Origin: Basidiobolus ranarum
Taxonomy: Eukaryota
DNA: 32,785 nucleotides
Reading direction: 5' to 3'
Assembly (NCBI GenBank): GCA_040143965.1
Contig: JASJQH010006955.1
Span: 1-32,785, forward strand
Shown here: one piece after another, positions 1 to 12,282 of the stretch
Position numbering within the stretch: position 1 is the stretch's first letter
Layout of the letters: every line of letters starts with the position of its first letter
Position numbers and translations under genes: made by a program
Notes under the pieces: generated by a model
The model's input: the letters and a program-made list of their open reading frames with translations, nothing else
The model's database searches: none
What the model was told of the DNA's origin: nothing

Positions 1-475
1 AGGAGTGGAGAGTTCAATCCAATCTTAGCAACCAGGTGTTGATTGGTTTTCTTACACTTTTACCACAGTTGATTGCCAACTGTTGCTTGCCACAGACCTG
101 GTACAATTGGAAAACACTTGTCAATTGTATGACTTATAATCCTTCAGTGATCAAACTACCTTCTTGTCCAAATAATTGTTTGGCTCTCACCAGTGATCTG
201 AAAAACCTGAAGTCATGTACTGTTTGTGCACAATTAGCAATCACTGAATCAGGTAAATATTATTCATATTTGGCTTACATAGCGTTGATTCCCCATCTTA
301 AAGTTCTGACAAAATCACCCAAATACAGATCATTGATCCAATACCAAAGTACTCACCATAAAGCTGATGGTAATACAAATACACTTGATGGATATCACTA
401 CCAGAATCTGAAAAGTTAAGGTTTCTATGAGAACATATATGATCATGCATTTGCATTGTCTCTGGATGGCTTCAT
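1..475 (+). mobile_element. Degenerate CACTA/En-Spm (Tnp2-type) transposase fragment, running off the window start
   Basis: ORF 36..419 reads CPNNCLA...CTVC...YIALIPHLK...DGYHYQNL. After the in-frame TAA at 417-419 the frame continues GFYENIYDHAFALSLDGF, matching the Tnp2-type 'C..C...YIPIIPRL...DG..Y...ALGLSTDGF' pattern. I count only one CpG in 1-480. Confidence 0.75.
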
Positions 476-490
476 ACTAAACAATTATAC

Positions 491-758
491 CAACGGCACC
501 AATAACGGAGCGAATGCGACCAGCACCAGAAACGGTTTTCTCCTCTTTCTTCTCAGTAGCGAAACTACGAGCTAGATAAGTGACATGGAAAATGTCCATC
601 AACTATGATTAGAATGCAGTCTCTGAGTAAACACCTGCTAAAGCACTAAACAAACCTTGGAAGAGGGAAGGCTGAGAACCGGCGAAGAAGCCGATGTTGG
701 CGCGAGAAGCGGCAGCAAGATGGCGTGGGAGACGAGATACCGACCGAGTAAGGATCAT
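491..758 (-). CDS. ATP2: Mitochondrial F1 ATP synthase beta subunit, exons 1-2 only (758..656, 571..491); remainder not in window
   Basis: Spliced translation MILTRSVSRLPRHLAAASRANIGFFAGSQPSLFQ-ARSFATEKKEEKTVSGAGRIRSVIGAV. This is an Arg/Ser-rich presequence followed by the F1-beta N-terminal G.I..VIGAV(VDV) motif. The GT-AG intron is phase-compatible, and the next donor GTATAA is at 490. Confidence 0.8.
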
Positions 759-1085
759 ATTGTCAACTAAAGTTAAGCCGCTGGCTGGAAACTGAAAGGC
801 TTTGATGTTATAGCCTATAACCAAAAATCGGTACCTAGAATACAGATCACTGATTGGGCAGAACGTATTCCATAATTTATGAAGATACAATGGATGGGGG
901 AGGAGTACATTGGTGGGGAGCGCTTTACCTCAGTATGAATTAACTCCCAACCGAAATAATGATCCCCAATATGCTGTATAACTACTATGCTTGGAATCAT
1001 CATTGAAATTTATTATTTGAAAAGTACGGAATGTTAAACAATAATAATCTGCCTCAATTTACGCTATTTGTTTTTGCAATAGGAT

Positions 1086-2396
1086 TTAACGCTGGAAAGT
1101 AAAGGGATCTCCTCGTCGAAGTTTACTAGGTTTAACTCAACTATAAGTTTAGGTTGGATGTTATGTTTCGTTTCAATTGTTACCTTCGTATATCTGGCTG
1201 TCTATAGTTAATGGGTGTTCTTCTACGCTTGCTAAATTCTTGAATTAGAAAAATGAGGTGTGTAGTTCACATAGGCACAACTCACCTCAAGCCTGCTTCA
1301 TTTATCTGGTGTTGGTTTTTTGCGCTTTTCTGAGGTGGTTGAACCTCAACATACTCAAAATTACTGTGAGTTTTTGCGCGACTTTTGATATTTTTGCGCT
1401 TTCTGGTCGTGTTAGGACATTTCCTATTATTTAAGGCTGGAAATAAAGGCAAAATCTTGTTTAGACAATACACCATCGAATTGAATAGACAGAAGTACTA
1501 CTTTTATGGAGGGTTTCTTCAGCAGCCTCATTTTCAGTTATAGAGTCGAGTGTACCTAAGGGGGTTCTGTCACAAGTTTTAGATAAAGTGAAAGCCTTTG
1601 AAGAACGTATGTCTTACCTCTTGGACTGTTTAACTCGATATTTTAAGGCGCGCTTAGGATTTTCACCTCCAAGATAGCTCGTTACCTACTCGTAACCCGT
1701 TTGAGTATAAATTCATATCTTTTAGATGTGTTGAAACCATACTAAAGTTTTGGCTTTTGAATAATCTTTTGGAAACTCTTGTGCTAAATAAGTGGACTCT
1801 GTAATGGTCGTAAGCTTTCGATGAGTTTCTATATGATGAGTTTAGCAATTATTTTAGTCTACTTACGCTCAAATACCTTGCACAAAGTATCGCCTTTTTC
1901 CTTAAAAGCACCTTCACTATGCTGGATGGGATAGATGTTCTGTCGGAGATTCATGAACTCTTGGTGTACGCTCTCCAATAATCTTTGAATAGTCTACTCT
2001 AGAAGTCAACACCCGTACGAGGAACCTATCATGGAATGATTTCACTTACCTCAAGACTTTGGGTTCGAGCTTCAGAAAATCTAATTGAGGCAACAGAGTC
2101 GGAAAACTTCGTTCTGAGCTCTATATTTTCACTTAGTAATCTATCTTTTTCAAGTTCGCATTTTCGAAGTTGAAGTGCTTGAAGGGTATTTGATCTTGAG
2201 AAAATTACTTCAATTAGCGTGCAAGCGTATAAATACAGCTGGATGGACAACGTTCTCACCGTACTAGATCTTGGTTTTGGCGCTGGTGTTTGCGTTTGAC
2301 TAATATTGGTGAGTCAGTAGGAGCGAGTAGGGATGTTGCATACGGATACTTACATTTCTCCAACTCAATAAACTCATTCTTGTTTACCGCTTGCAT
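1086..2396 (-). CDS. SGO1: Shugoshin (multi-exon)
   Basis: N-terminal coiled coil KRKHQRQNQDLVR/SNTLQALQLRKCELEKDRLLSENIELR (exons 2396..2260 and 2194..2050). C-terminal SGO basic motif KRRRTPINYRQPDIR-S-KLRRGDPFTFQR* is split by an intron near 1126-1163. Internal exons were not all resolved. Confidence 0.9.
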
Positions 2397-2821
2397 GTTT
2401 ATGGATGAAGGGAAGAAGTCAGATTTCAATCCAACGACGCTGGAGAAGATATAAGATGAAGCGGAATACAAGTGTAAATAAATAACAACTTCTCCCAAGT
2501 AGGTGATGATTTACGAAAATCACTAGATGGGCTCATCATTTCCTTGCAGAGTCCAGTGATTGTTGCTTTTTGAAGATAAAACTAATGATTTATTATGAAC
2601 TGTTGATGAGCTCGAGATGCACTGTCGAGACATGTGTATTCCTGGGACTCTACCCTCTTGATTGCAACTAATTGATGCTCTTCACTACTCACTGAAATGA
2701 ATCTTTGAAGCCTAAACATATTACAGCTATTTATTGGGGTTAATTGAAAAGTGACATATCAGCAGTAACAATGAATTTAGAATAATAAACGGTGCGGCTC
2801 TTCGAGTCTCTTGAGAGATCA

Positions 2822-3622
<801 letters not shown>

Positions 3623-4165
3623 CAGGTTAGAATATTATTATAACAGTGCAGTTTCAACACGACTTAGTGAGGAATTGAACAGTAAATACTAGAAATGGGA
3701 TAGACCAAGAAAATTCCCTTTCGCTAAACGTCATCTGAGGTTGATTTGATTTATTATATGACTCTTACAAATTGTTATGAAAAATAGGGATTTTATGATT
3801 GCAATCATCACAACATAATTAGATATCGATTTATCGAGCAAGTTACAGTTGAGAGACTGCTTTTACACTGTACCAGGATTTCATTTCAATATATGCTCCT
3901 TGTTACGGTGTTTGGTGTTTTATGACAATTTGCTCAGAGTGGAAATGTAACTTTATAATACAATTTTCTTGAAAGTCCTTTGACTAAATGCTATGTTCAT
4001 AGATATAAAATTGACGTGTAGAGAGGTGGCTTCAATGAAATACTCCTCTTACTCAATTATCTTAAATAAGTCAAATATCGGCAAATACATGCTGGTTTGT
4101 GCGCTCTGCGTATGATGAATAGTTACATGTGATACTATACATAAAAAAACTCCTTCATATAATCA

Positions 4166-5592
4166 TCACTCTAAAAGAGCGGCGTCGACTCCTTTGGCTA
4201 CATCCCAAACCAATATTTTTTGGTCCTGACCAACACTAAGAAATATTAAAGTTAGTGTAAAGTTAAAAGGATAAAAAATCCCAAGGACTTTACCTAATAA
4301 TTTTCGTTAGACTAAACTGAACATCAAACACCCAACTAGAGTGGCCATTGCGTAGGTCAAGAATGCACTTTCCACTCTCTATATCCCAAACTTTGACCGT
4401 TTGATCATACGAGCCGGACACCAGATGATTACCGGAAAGGTGAAGGGTACGTACAAGGTCATGGTGACCAGTCAAGGTCTTTAGGCATCGACCAGTTTGG
4501 GCATCCCATATCTTGATTGTATAGTCATTAGAACCAGATATGACCCACTTACCATCGAACTGAACGCATGCTAGTCCGCGTGTGTGACCTACAAATTCAC
4601 GGATACACTCGCCAGTGTTGATATCCCACATTTTAATCACCGAATCGCCTGATGCCGATACAAGAATATTATCTTGTAGCTGAATTGCGTTGACCGGGCC
4701 ACGATGTCCAAGTAGTACCCTAATGAGATCACCATTATGAATATTCCAAACACGGATAGTACCGTCCTTTGAGCAGCTTATAATACGCTCTTTATCGAAA
4801 CATATATCCAAAACGCCTGCGCTGTGACCTCTTATACGAAGACGTGAAGTCAGAGTTTTCATATCCCAAACAATTATGGTCGTGTCACTGGAACCCGTAA
4901 CCATCACTTCATCATTATAATCCAAACACAAAACGGAACGACAATGTCCAGTTAAGCTGAGCGTACATTTTCCTGTCTCGACGTCCCAAAATTTCACTGT
5001 ACGGTCTCTAGAGCCAGTTACAATTTTTTTCCCATCGAATTTTAGACAATAAACGCTATCTGAATGGCCAGCAATCAGTCGTTTATCTATTGTTCCAGTT
5101 CGCCAACGATTTTCAATTGTTGCCCGTTGTTGGTATAGATATTTCCAATCTAATGACGGCTCATTAGGTGGAATTCTTATAAACCAATTTTGATTTAAAT
5201 ACAATTGCTTCCATACTTTCGAGTCGCGAGATATATTATACCAATATTTGGAAACCAGCATCAGACGAACAAGCAATAAAGAGTCGGCGTAGGTAAGGAT
5301 ATGTAAACATAATTCAAATGGTAGAGTGGATAGAATGTCTAAATGTCAAGAAAACGAGAGTCATTAGCAAGGTAAAGTTTTGGCAGAAATATAAGAACAT
5401 ACCAATCCCAGGCAATTTTAACTCTTTACCACTATCGTTTCCTTGACGCAAGAGGGAAAAATCCTCACTATGGCTTGCAGTGGAAGATTTTGAAAGTCTC
5501 ACTTGACTTCGAGAATTGAAAGATAATACTCGCTTTGTTAAAGTTTTCCAAAACTTGGCTTTACTCACGAACTTTAAAGTAGAGTTACTCAT
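4166..5592 (-). CDS. F-box/WD40-repeat protein, beta-TrCP/Pof11/FWD-1-like (3 exons)
   Basis: F-box DILSTLPFELCLHILTY...VSKYWYNISRDSKVWKQLY is followed by seven WD40 repeats (GHSDSVYCLKFD..., GHTRGLACVQFD...). The last exon reads VGQDQKILVWDVAKGVDAALLE*. Probable start is MSNSTLK at 5592. Confidence 0.92.
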
Positions 5593-6661
5593 GGCACAAG
5601 TGTAGTGGTCTCTGAAGAGAGGTGCTAGGGCAATTAGATGCAATAATAAGGTTTAACAAACTGTACTTTCCAGTAAGCACGAATTTTATCAACCTATGAT
5701 AAGAGTGAAAAGTGTCACAAAGGATATATATAGTACCAAAAATGACAAATATAGACCTGCAGCCTGAAGGGGGTTGGTAATTAATATAATCCAAACGCTA
5801 AGAAAAGGAAATGTCACTTTAGAACGAAAATGAAACTCTTTAGAACTGATTGGGTTCATCATTGGCAGTTAAGTGATTCGGTTTACGAAGTCAAATGCCA
5901 ACTGCTCGTTAAATGATTGGTAGAAGCAATTTTGTGCAAGTTTTGAATCGTTTTACTCTAAACTTCCTATGACAATGAGTTTTCATTTAACATCGAACGT
6001 AACAATGGTCTGAGACAAGATTACTGTCAACATTACTAGGCTCTAGACTGATTTACAGCCCTTACCTAGCCTATAGCCCACCTTTCCACAATATCAATGC
6101 TATAGCCCACTTGTCTACACCAGCATTGAGTAATCCAAATTTGACACAACGCAACACTCCTGTTTCATCGCGATTGTCAAATCGAAACTCAAGAGAGATC
6201 AATGATAGTAAACTAATCAGACAGGAACCTAATCAGTCAATGGACGTAACTAATCAAAATACTCTAAATCGACTTAGTCCAGGTTAAACCAAATCAGTCA
6301 CTGGCTATCAGCATCATACCTCCACTGAAAATCAATCTGCAGAACTGCACATTTACATACCTAAGTCGAGGTCAATATTATAAGGAAGGCAGGGTTCGAC
6401 ATATATTTCGGATGTCATTGACCTCAATGGCCAAAATTCATCGAGATTCATGAGCGAACGTACTCTCTATCGGCCCATCTTCAACGTGAGCTAAACGTGG
6501 TTTGCAATCCAACGAGGTAATATACCAGGAAATGAACACTTGGATCATTCAAAAGTGAGGATTGAGTGAGACTCATTCGTATAAAAAAGATATCATCCTC
6601 GTAACCTAAATCAAGCATCCTCTTCACACCACTTGGACAGATAATAGCCCATCTAAGAAAA

Positions 6662-8272
6662 ATGAGATTTCAAAATTCAAAGAATATTGGTTTGCTACTA
6701 CTTTCCCACTCATTGTTGGTTACAGCAATCTTCAATGAGACTGAAACTATGATGAAGGCAGCAGGACAGAACATCACCGAAAGTATCCCCGAGTCCAATT
6801 CTGCTCCACGCCATCTTGTTAAGTTTAAAACTCTTCCGGGTCAGAACTGGGTGCAAGCATTCGGTAGTGAGGTTCAATCTTTATCGAATAAATTCCATTT
6901 TATGGTGGGGAATTTCTCGGATGGAGAGCTCAGCACCATTCAAAAAGACCCTTTGGTTGAATATGTTGAACAGGAGATGACGGTGAAGACCTTCCTTGTG
7001 GAAGACAATCCTCCAAGCTGGGTTAGTAAACAGAATACTGTATGAGGGCTCATAGGCTTCAGCTTGAATTGACAGTTTATAATAGGGATTGGATAGATTA
7101 GACCAGCGTCAATTGCCATTAGACAAGAAATATAATTATGTCAATTCCGATGGAGCTGGTGTAGATGTTTACGTTATTGATACGTACGTGGTAATCTTGA
7201 CTGTGTTTCATCAAAGATACCAAAAGCTAAACTTATCTTGAATCAAATAGAGGTGTTTACATAGAGCACGAAGATTTTGAAGGGCGTGCACGTTGGGGTA
7301 CCACAGCAATTAATGGTTCATCAGTAGATGGTAATGGCCATGGAACATTTGTAGCGGGAATTATCGGTGGTAAGCGATATGGTGTCGCTAAGAAAGTAAA
7401 CATCCATGCAGTAAAGGTAGGTCTTTCCCAAAATTCTGGTTTTAACGCGTGTGGCACTAAATTTATGTATTATTGCCAGGTACTTGACACTAATGGAGGG
7501 GGTAGCACCAGTTCGTTGATTAAAGGGCTACAATATGTATACGAAGAACATCAAAGAAAGGAGAACAAGCGGACTATTATCAAGTATGTTTTCATACAGC
7601 CAATTGCCTCAGTGTTTCACCCTCTTAACTGTTTCTTCTATACAGTATGTCGTTAGGCAGCGATTACAGTAGGCTGGTGAATGATATCGTTGGTGAGGTT
7701 ATTCAAGCTGGAATCGTAGTAGTTGTAAGTTACTAGTTATTTGGAGATATTAACGAATCAATGCATGCTGAGACTGGTATATTTAGGCAGCGGCTGGGAA
7801 TGGTAATGAGGCGGGTATAGGAATTGATGCATGCGGGGTATCTCCAGCTTCTGCGCGTGGGGTTATTACTGCTGGAGCCACTCGAAATGATGATCAAATT
7901 GCCATCTTCTCAAACTTTGGTCGATGTGTCACGTTATTTGCACCAGGTCAACAGGTTGCCTCGGATTTCATCGGTTCTAAGGATGCCAATAGCACCCTTT
8001 CTGGCACATCCTTCTCTTCACCATATACAGCAGGTGTGGCGGCTCTGATCATGGGCAACACTGACGAGGTCCTGAGCCCTGCCGAAGTTCAGCATCGCCT
8101 CATTAGTTTAGCTACGAAGAAGGTTGTCAGAGGCTTACCATTCGGCTCCCCAGACCTGTTACTATATTCGCAGGTGCAGGAGTACAGATCAAACACCGAT
8201 CCCTCAGCCATACCATCACCAATGGCCCAATTCACTATGATGCTTATTGCCTCCTTCGTTCTCATCATTTAA
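6662..8272 (+). CDS. Secreted subtilisin-like serine protease (S8A, proteinase K type) with I9-like propeptide, 6 exons
   Basis: Signal peptide and propeptide ending VEYVEQE, then [11 protein letters not shown]. Catalytic motifs are VDVYVIDTG (Asp), [10 protein letters not shown] (His), AAGNG (oxyanion Asn) and SGTSFSSP (Ser). The frame stays intact across five GT-AG introns. Confidence 0.95.
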
Positions 8273-8361
8273 TCATTGCATACATTAATATCCCTACTTT
8301 ATTAATGGGGTAATTATTTGAATTTTCGCATTATACATAACATAAATTATTGACTTGCCAA

Positions 8362-9352
8362 TCAAATTGATATATCCAAGTCTCTATCAGGCTTTATGCA
8401 CGATTTGCTTGACGATTGCTGAGCTTCAACAGTATCATCTTGCAAAAAATTGGATGGCTGCTTATCCTGCAGCATTCCACAGGCTGTTGTACTGGTTGTA
8501 TCATGGACCATAGGAAGGGTAACTCGAATGTCATGGTAGTAGTTAACCAGTTGCTGTGTGCATAGCATAGATTGAATAGCCCCTAAATAATGAAGGCAAT
8601 TAGATACAAAGCTAAATCAATAGAATTTAGAGATAAGCATTACACTGCAATTGAAAAAGAACATCTGTACTTAGTCCGAAGACGATGCCATTCATCAGGA
8701 GAGAATAAAATATAATGGTGCTCACTGCACTTGTCACGGTGTAAGCGCCTCCATCTTTACAAATAGCCACCTGCCAGCTTCGGCTTTGTCTATAAACACG
8801 AAAGGCTAGGATAATGAGCCACCAGAAGATAAGATATGCATTGACAGCTATCTCAATGCCTATAAATATAGAGCTAGAGCTAGGGGGTGTGGTGGATTGA
8901 CACTCGTGAAAGACGCCAGGCACTACTGTGATGGTTATAAGCCGTAGCATCGATCCTGACAACTTCAGTCCAAAGATTATTATAGAGCCAATGAAAAATA
9001 GTGGTCTACCACAAGGAAGACTGAAATAGCACCGGCGATATAAAACCGCAGCTAACATGGTAGTGCTCACATAGTAGCAAGACGGGTTAAGGATGACCTT
9101 TAGTTGGCAGTTGGTGACGAAAAAGAAGTCACTAATCTTGCTAATGTGACAAATGATCGCTGAAGTAGCGTGTATTGAGCCCAGCTGAATGAGGAAATTT
9201 TTGGGTAACTTTGACAAAAGTCGTAGAGAGGTATATGCGTTGCATACATGAACTACCAGAGTAAAGGAATACATAAGAACACAAAGATTAGCCCAAATGT
9301 ACCAAGCACTAGTGAAGCGCATGGTTAGTTCATTACTAGATGAGCTTTCCAT
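8362..9352 (-). CDS. Multi-pass (about 7 TM) membrane protein, GPCR-like, 2 exons
   Basis: ORF 8627..9439 has 6-7 hydrophobic segments with Cys before TM3 (TNCQ) and in a later loop (HECQ). It splices LFQLQ-W-AIQSMLCTQQL into ORF 8362..8568. Likely start is MESSSS at 9352. Confidence 0.65.
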
Positions 9353-9989
9353 CGGATTTGAATATGAAAGCTTCCAGAGTTGGAATAGTCTGCTGCTCTT
9401 ATATGCTGAGAAGCCTGAACCAGTTACAGAAACTGTCACAAATGGCCATATTTTGTTTACAATCCAATGCGACGATCTTTACCAAATACCGAATCACATT
9501 CTACACCTAACCTACTATGATCGCCTAACCCACTATGATTGCACTTCTTCAGCCTAAATTGCCGACACTCCCCCTAACACAGAATAGGGGAGGTGAAGTA
9601 AATATGGCCAAATCGATAGTGAAATAGACGTAAATCGATCACCAGAAATATATAGAACTCCACTTCAAAATCTTCTCCTATAATTTGATTCACCACCTTG
9701 TTCAGTTCTATGCCAATATTCGATATTCTTACCGACACCATCCACGCTCATACAAATGTAGTTCTCTTGCTCAGCCTCATGGTGTTTGATGGTGCGTTGA
9801 CATGACACTCACACAAATGACGATTCCTCATCCTCGTAGTCCACATGCGATCGGATGACATTCTTTTGACTAAATTAATAGTTACATCATTATTATTGAT
9901 TTACAAGTAGATTACTGGATCACCGTTTAAACCTTATCAGAACCCAAAACACTGAATGAAACTAATTCTTCCTCTCTCAAGAACCGAAT

Positions 9990-10790
9990 ATGAAAACACC
10001 AAAATCTTCGTACCCTATCCAAGGTGTTTTATTTTTCGTAGCACATCCTTCACTATGGGGTAAATGTCTCCACGGAATCTTATTTTTGGCCATAGTTAGC
10101 GTTGTTTCACTTATTGGCTTTGGTTTCGTAATACCTCCTACTGCTCATGCACTCATAAGAGTCAATTGCCCCTCAGGACTTGCCTGGTTTGTAGCAGTGG
10201 TGTTTATGCTGATTGAAACCTTTCTGGTATTGTTCCTGTGTTACATTCTATTCCTTCCGCTTGTACTGGATCGTCTATTTGATGCAGTACTTAAACTTCG
10301 CGGCTTGGGAAATCACGTTCCAGCTAACCGAGGTTACTTACGGCGTATAGGTTTTGCTGGGTTACGTTACGTTCGTTATCGTTTGTTTGGAGAGCTACTC
10401 GTTGAACTTCCCACTTTAATTCTCACTTTACCCTTGAATGTAGTACCTGGTCTAGGTACTGGACTGTACTGTTATCTGAATGGGTTATTTCTAACTTGGG
10501 GATATATGCTTCATTATCACGTAGAAATATTGGGATTGAACCTTTCACAGTCCAGAGAACTTGTCATGAAAAATCGTATGGATTATACTACCTTTGGAGC
10601 TGTTGCTTTGGCCTTGCAATTGGTACCATTAGGGAATTTCATATTCATGTTTACCAACGTAGTAGGATGTGCCTTATGGGCAGCTGATGAATTAAATGAA
10701 CGTATTGAAGAGGGACATGTACCACCTAAAACCAATGAATCTCTTCAAACTGAACATCCACCCCTTCCTCCTCGACCGACTTATCATTAG
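9990..10790 (+). CDS. EI24/CysZ-like membrane protein (Lds1/Lds2/Rrt8-like), intronless
   Basis: 266-aa ORF with YPIQGVLFF..HPSLW, DRLFDAVL..RG, LTLPLNVVPGLG and YTTFGAVALALQLVP...FTNVVGCALWAAD, typical of fungal EI24-domain proteins. Confidence 0.8.
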   Translation: MKTPKSSYPIQGVLFFVAHPSLWGKCLHGILFLAIVSVVSLIGFGFVIPPTAHALIRVNCPSGLAWFVAVVFMLIETFLVLFLCYILFLPLVLDRLFDAVLKLRGLGNHVPANRGYLRRIGFAGLRYVRYRLFGELLVELPTLILTLPLNVVPGLGTGLYCYLNGLFLTWGYMLHYHVEILGLNLSQSRELVMKNRMDYTTFGAVALALQLVPLGNFIFMFTNVVGCALWAADELNERIEEGHVPPKTNESLQTEHPPLPPRPTYH

Positions 10791-11012
10791 AGAAGATTCA
10801 AACATTTCTTTTGTATAACAATTTATTCGCGTTCTCTCTCTTTCTCACTCACTCAACAAGTCTTATGGGATAGATGAATATTTGATGTTCAAGTAGTTGA
10901 AAAAGATAGAGAGTCACTAGATTCAAGTGTATATGACTATAAACATGTAAATATGATTACATCGTTACAAAAATAAAACCATGAATATGAAATCTAGATT
11001 CTTCTTCATTCC

Positions 11013-11886
11013 TTAATTCCTCTTCACCTTGGGTTGATTAAACAACTTTTGAAGACTACCAATTCCGAATATAAATGTAGATATGACCCATTTAACGACC
11101 GTTTCATTATCATACTCAGGTCTGGTTAAACATATGGCCCAAGCAACAAATGCTTCTCCCGCATGAACTAATATCATGAGGGCAAAAAGTGCGTTCAAAA
11201 CTCCTTGTCCAAAGAAATATTTAAGAAAGTTTAAAGGCCAGATAGGATTCGAACTAAGTACAAGATATGTGAATGATGTCACGGCTAATAGTGCTAATAA
11301 ACCAGCTGTGGGGTCAGGAAGACTAAAGAATTCATCGGAACCAAGTTCTTTCTTTGAAATACCACGACGTCCAGGTACAGGAACCTGAATATAATATTAA
11401 CGATGAGGTTAATTACCATGCAACTGATGTATTCCAAGTTGCCAATTGAAAAGTATATGAGAAGGTTAGGTTCTTTCTATTACTTCATCGAAATAACATA
11501 CTACCTATACCTCAACACACATAAATTGGTATAACATGGGAAAATTCAAGAATATCTAACTTCAAACTTACACCTAAACCTTTCGCTGCTTCCTCTGTAA
11601 GATCATCAAGGGCTTGTTTTAAAGAGGATTTGTTGGGTACAGGATTTCTGAAAGCAATTCTTATCTCTTCTTCCTCATCTTCTTCCGTTAAACAAACTAC
11701 CGTTAAGCCTGCTTGGTCAATATCCACCAGAGTGGCAGAAACTGCCTTTGTACACTCACCAAAATACTTTCCGTACATTAATAGCTCCTCTGAGTGACCT
11801 TCGTTCATATGTGCTACGATGGTTTCAGACGAATTGGCTATAGCATCTTGTCTTGGTACATTTTGTAAGTTTACGGGTCTAAACAT
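11013..11886 (-). CDS. DUF2470-domain protein with C-terminal TMEM254/DUF4499-like membrane region (exons 11886..11572, 11384..11013)
   Basis: IVAHMNEGHSEELLMY...ATLVDIDQAGL...IRIAF is DUF2470-like. The second exon has ILVHAGEAFVAW..C...KWVISTFIFGIGSL, which is TMEM254-like. The splice is in frame. Confidence 0.8.
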
Positions 11887-12282
11887 TTGGGGGGGAGGGT
11901 GAAAGGGTCTTTACTTTTGGAATTCAATGTCTCGAAAATTGGAGCCTACTATAACAAATTCCCTAGTATTATCGAACACTATCGTCACAGAATCTTTTTT
12001 CGAATCATTCGATGGTGCTCACGTGATCGAAGAAGATTACTTGTGAGCAGAGTATTGGGTAGAAAGATTTTGTAAACTGAATATGGGCAAAGACGATTGT
12101 AGGTCTTCTTGAGAGTAAAGGATGATATTTAGTTGATAAAGATAGTATTGAGAAGTTTAGATTCTTTTATACAAAAGTGATATGAAAAGAGAAAGAGATC
12201 GATAGTATTTCTTTATTTTTACTGGAAAGCTTTGATAAACTTTCTGGTGATGTATGAAATGTTGGATTTAAATCAATATTGT

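Noticed and set aside
609-890. 93-aa ORF as a standalone gene
   Set aside because: It is ATP2 exon 1 extended upstream and read through into intron 1.
6368-6425. tRNA/SINE-like element (GGTTCGAC plus a 9-bp inverted repeat GAGGTCAAT/ATTGACCTC)
   Set aside because: The B-box is incomplete, with no cloverleaf or A-box. A single short inverted repeat is expected by chance.
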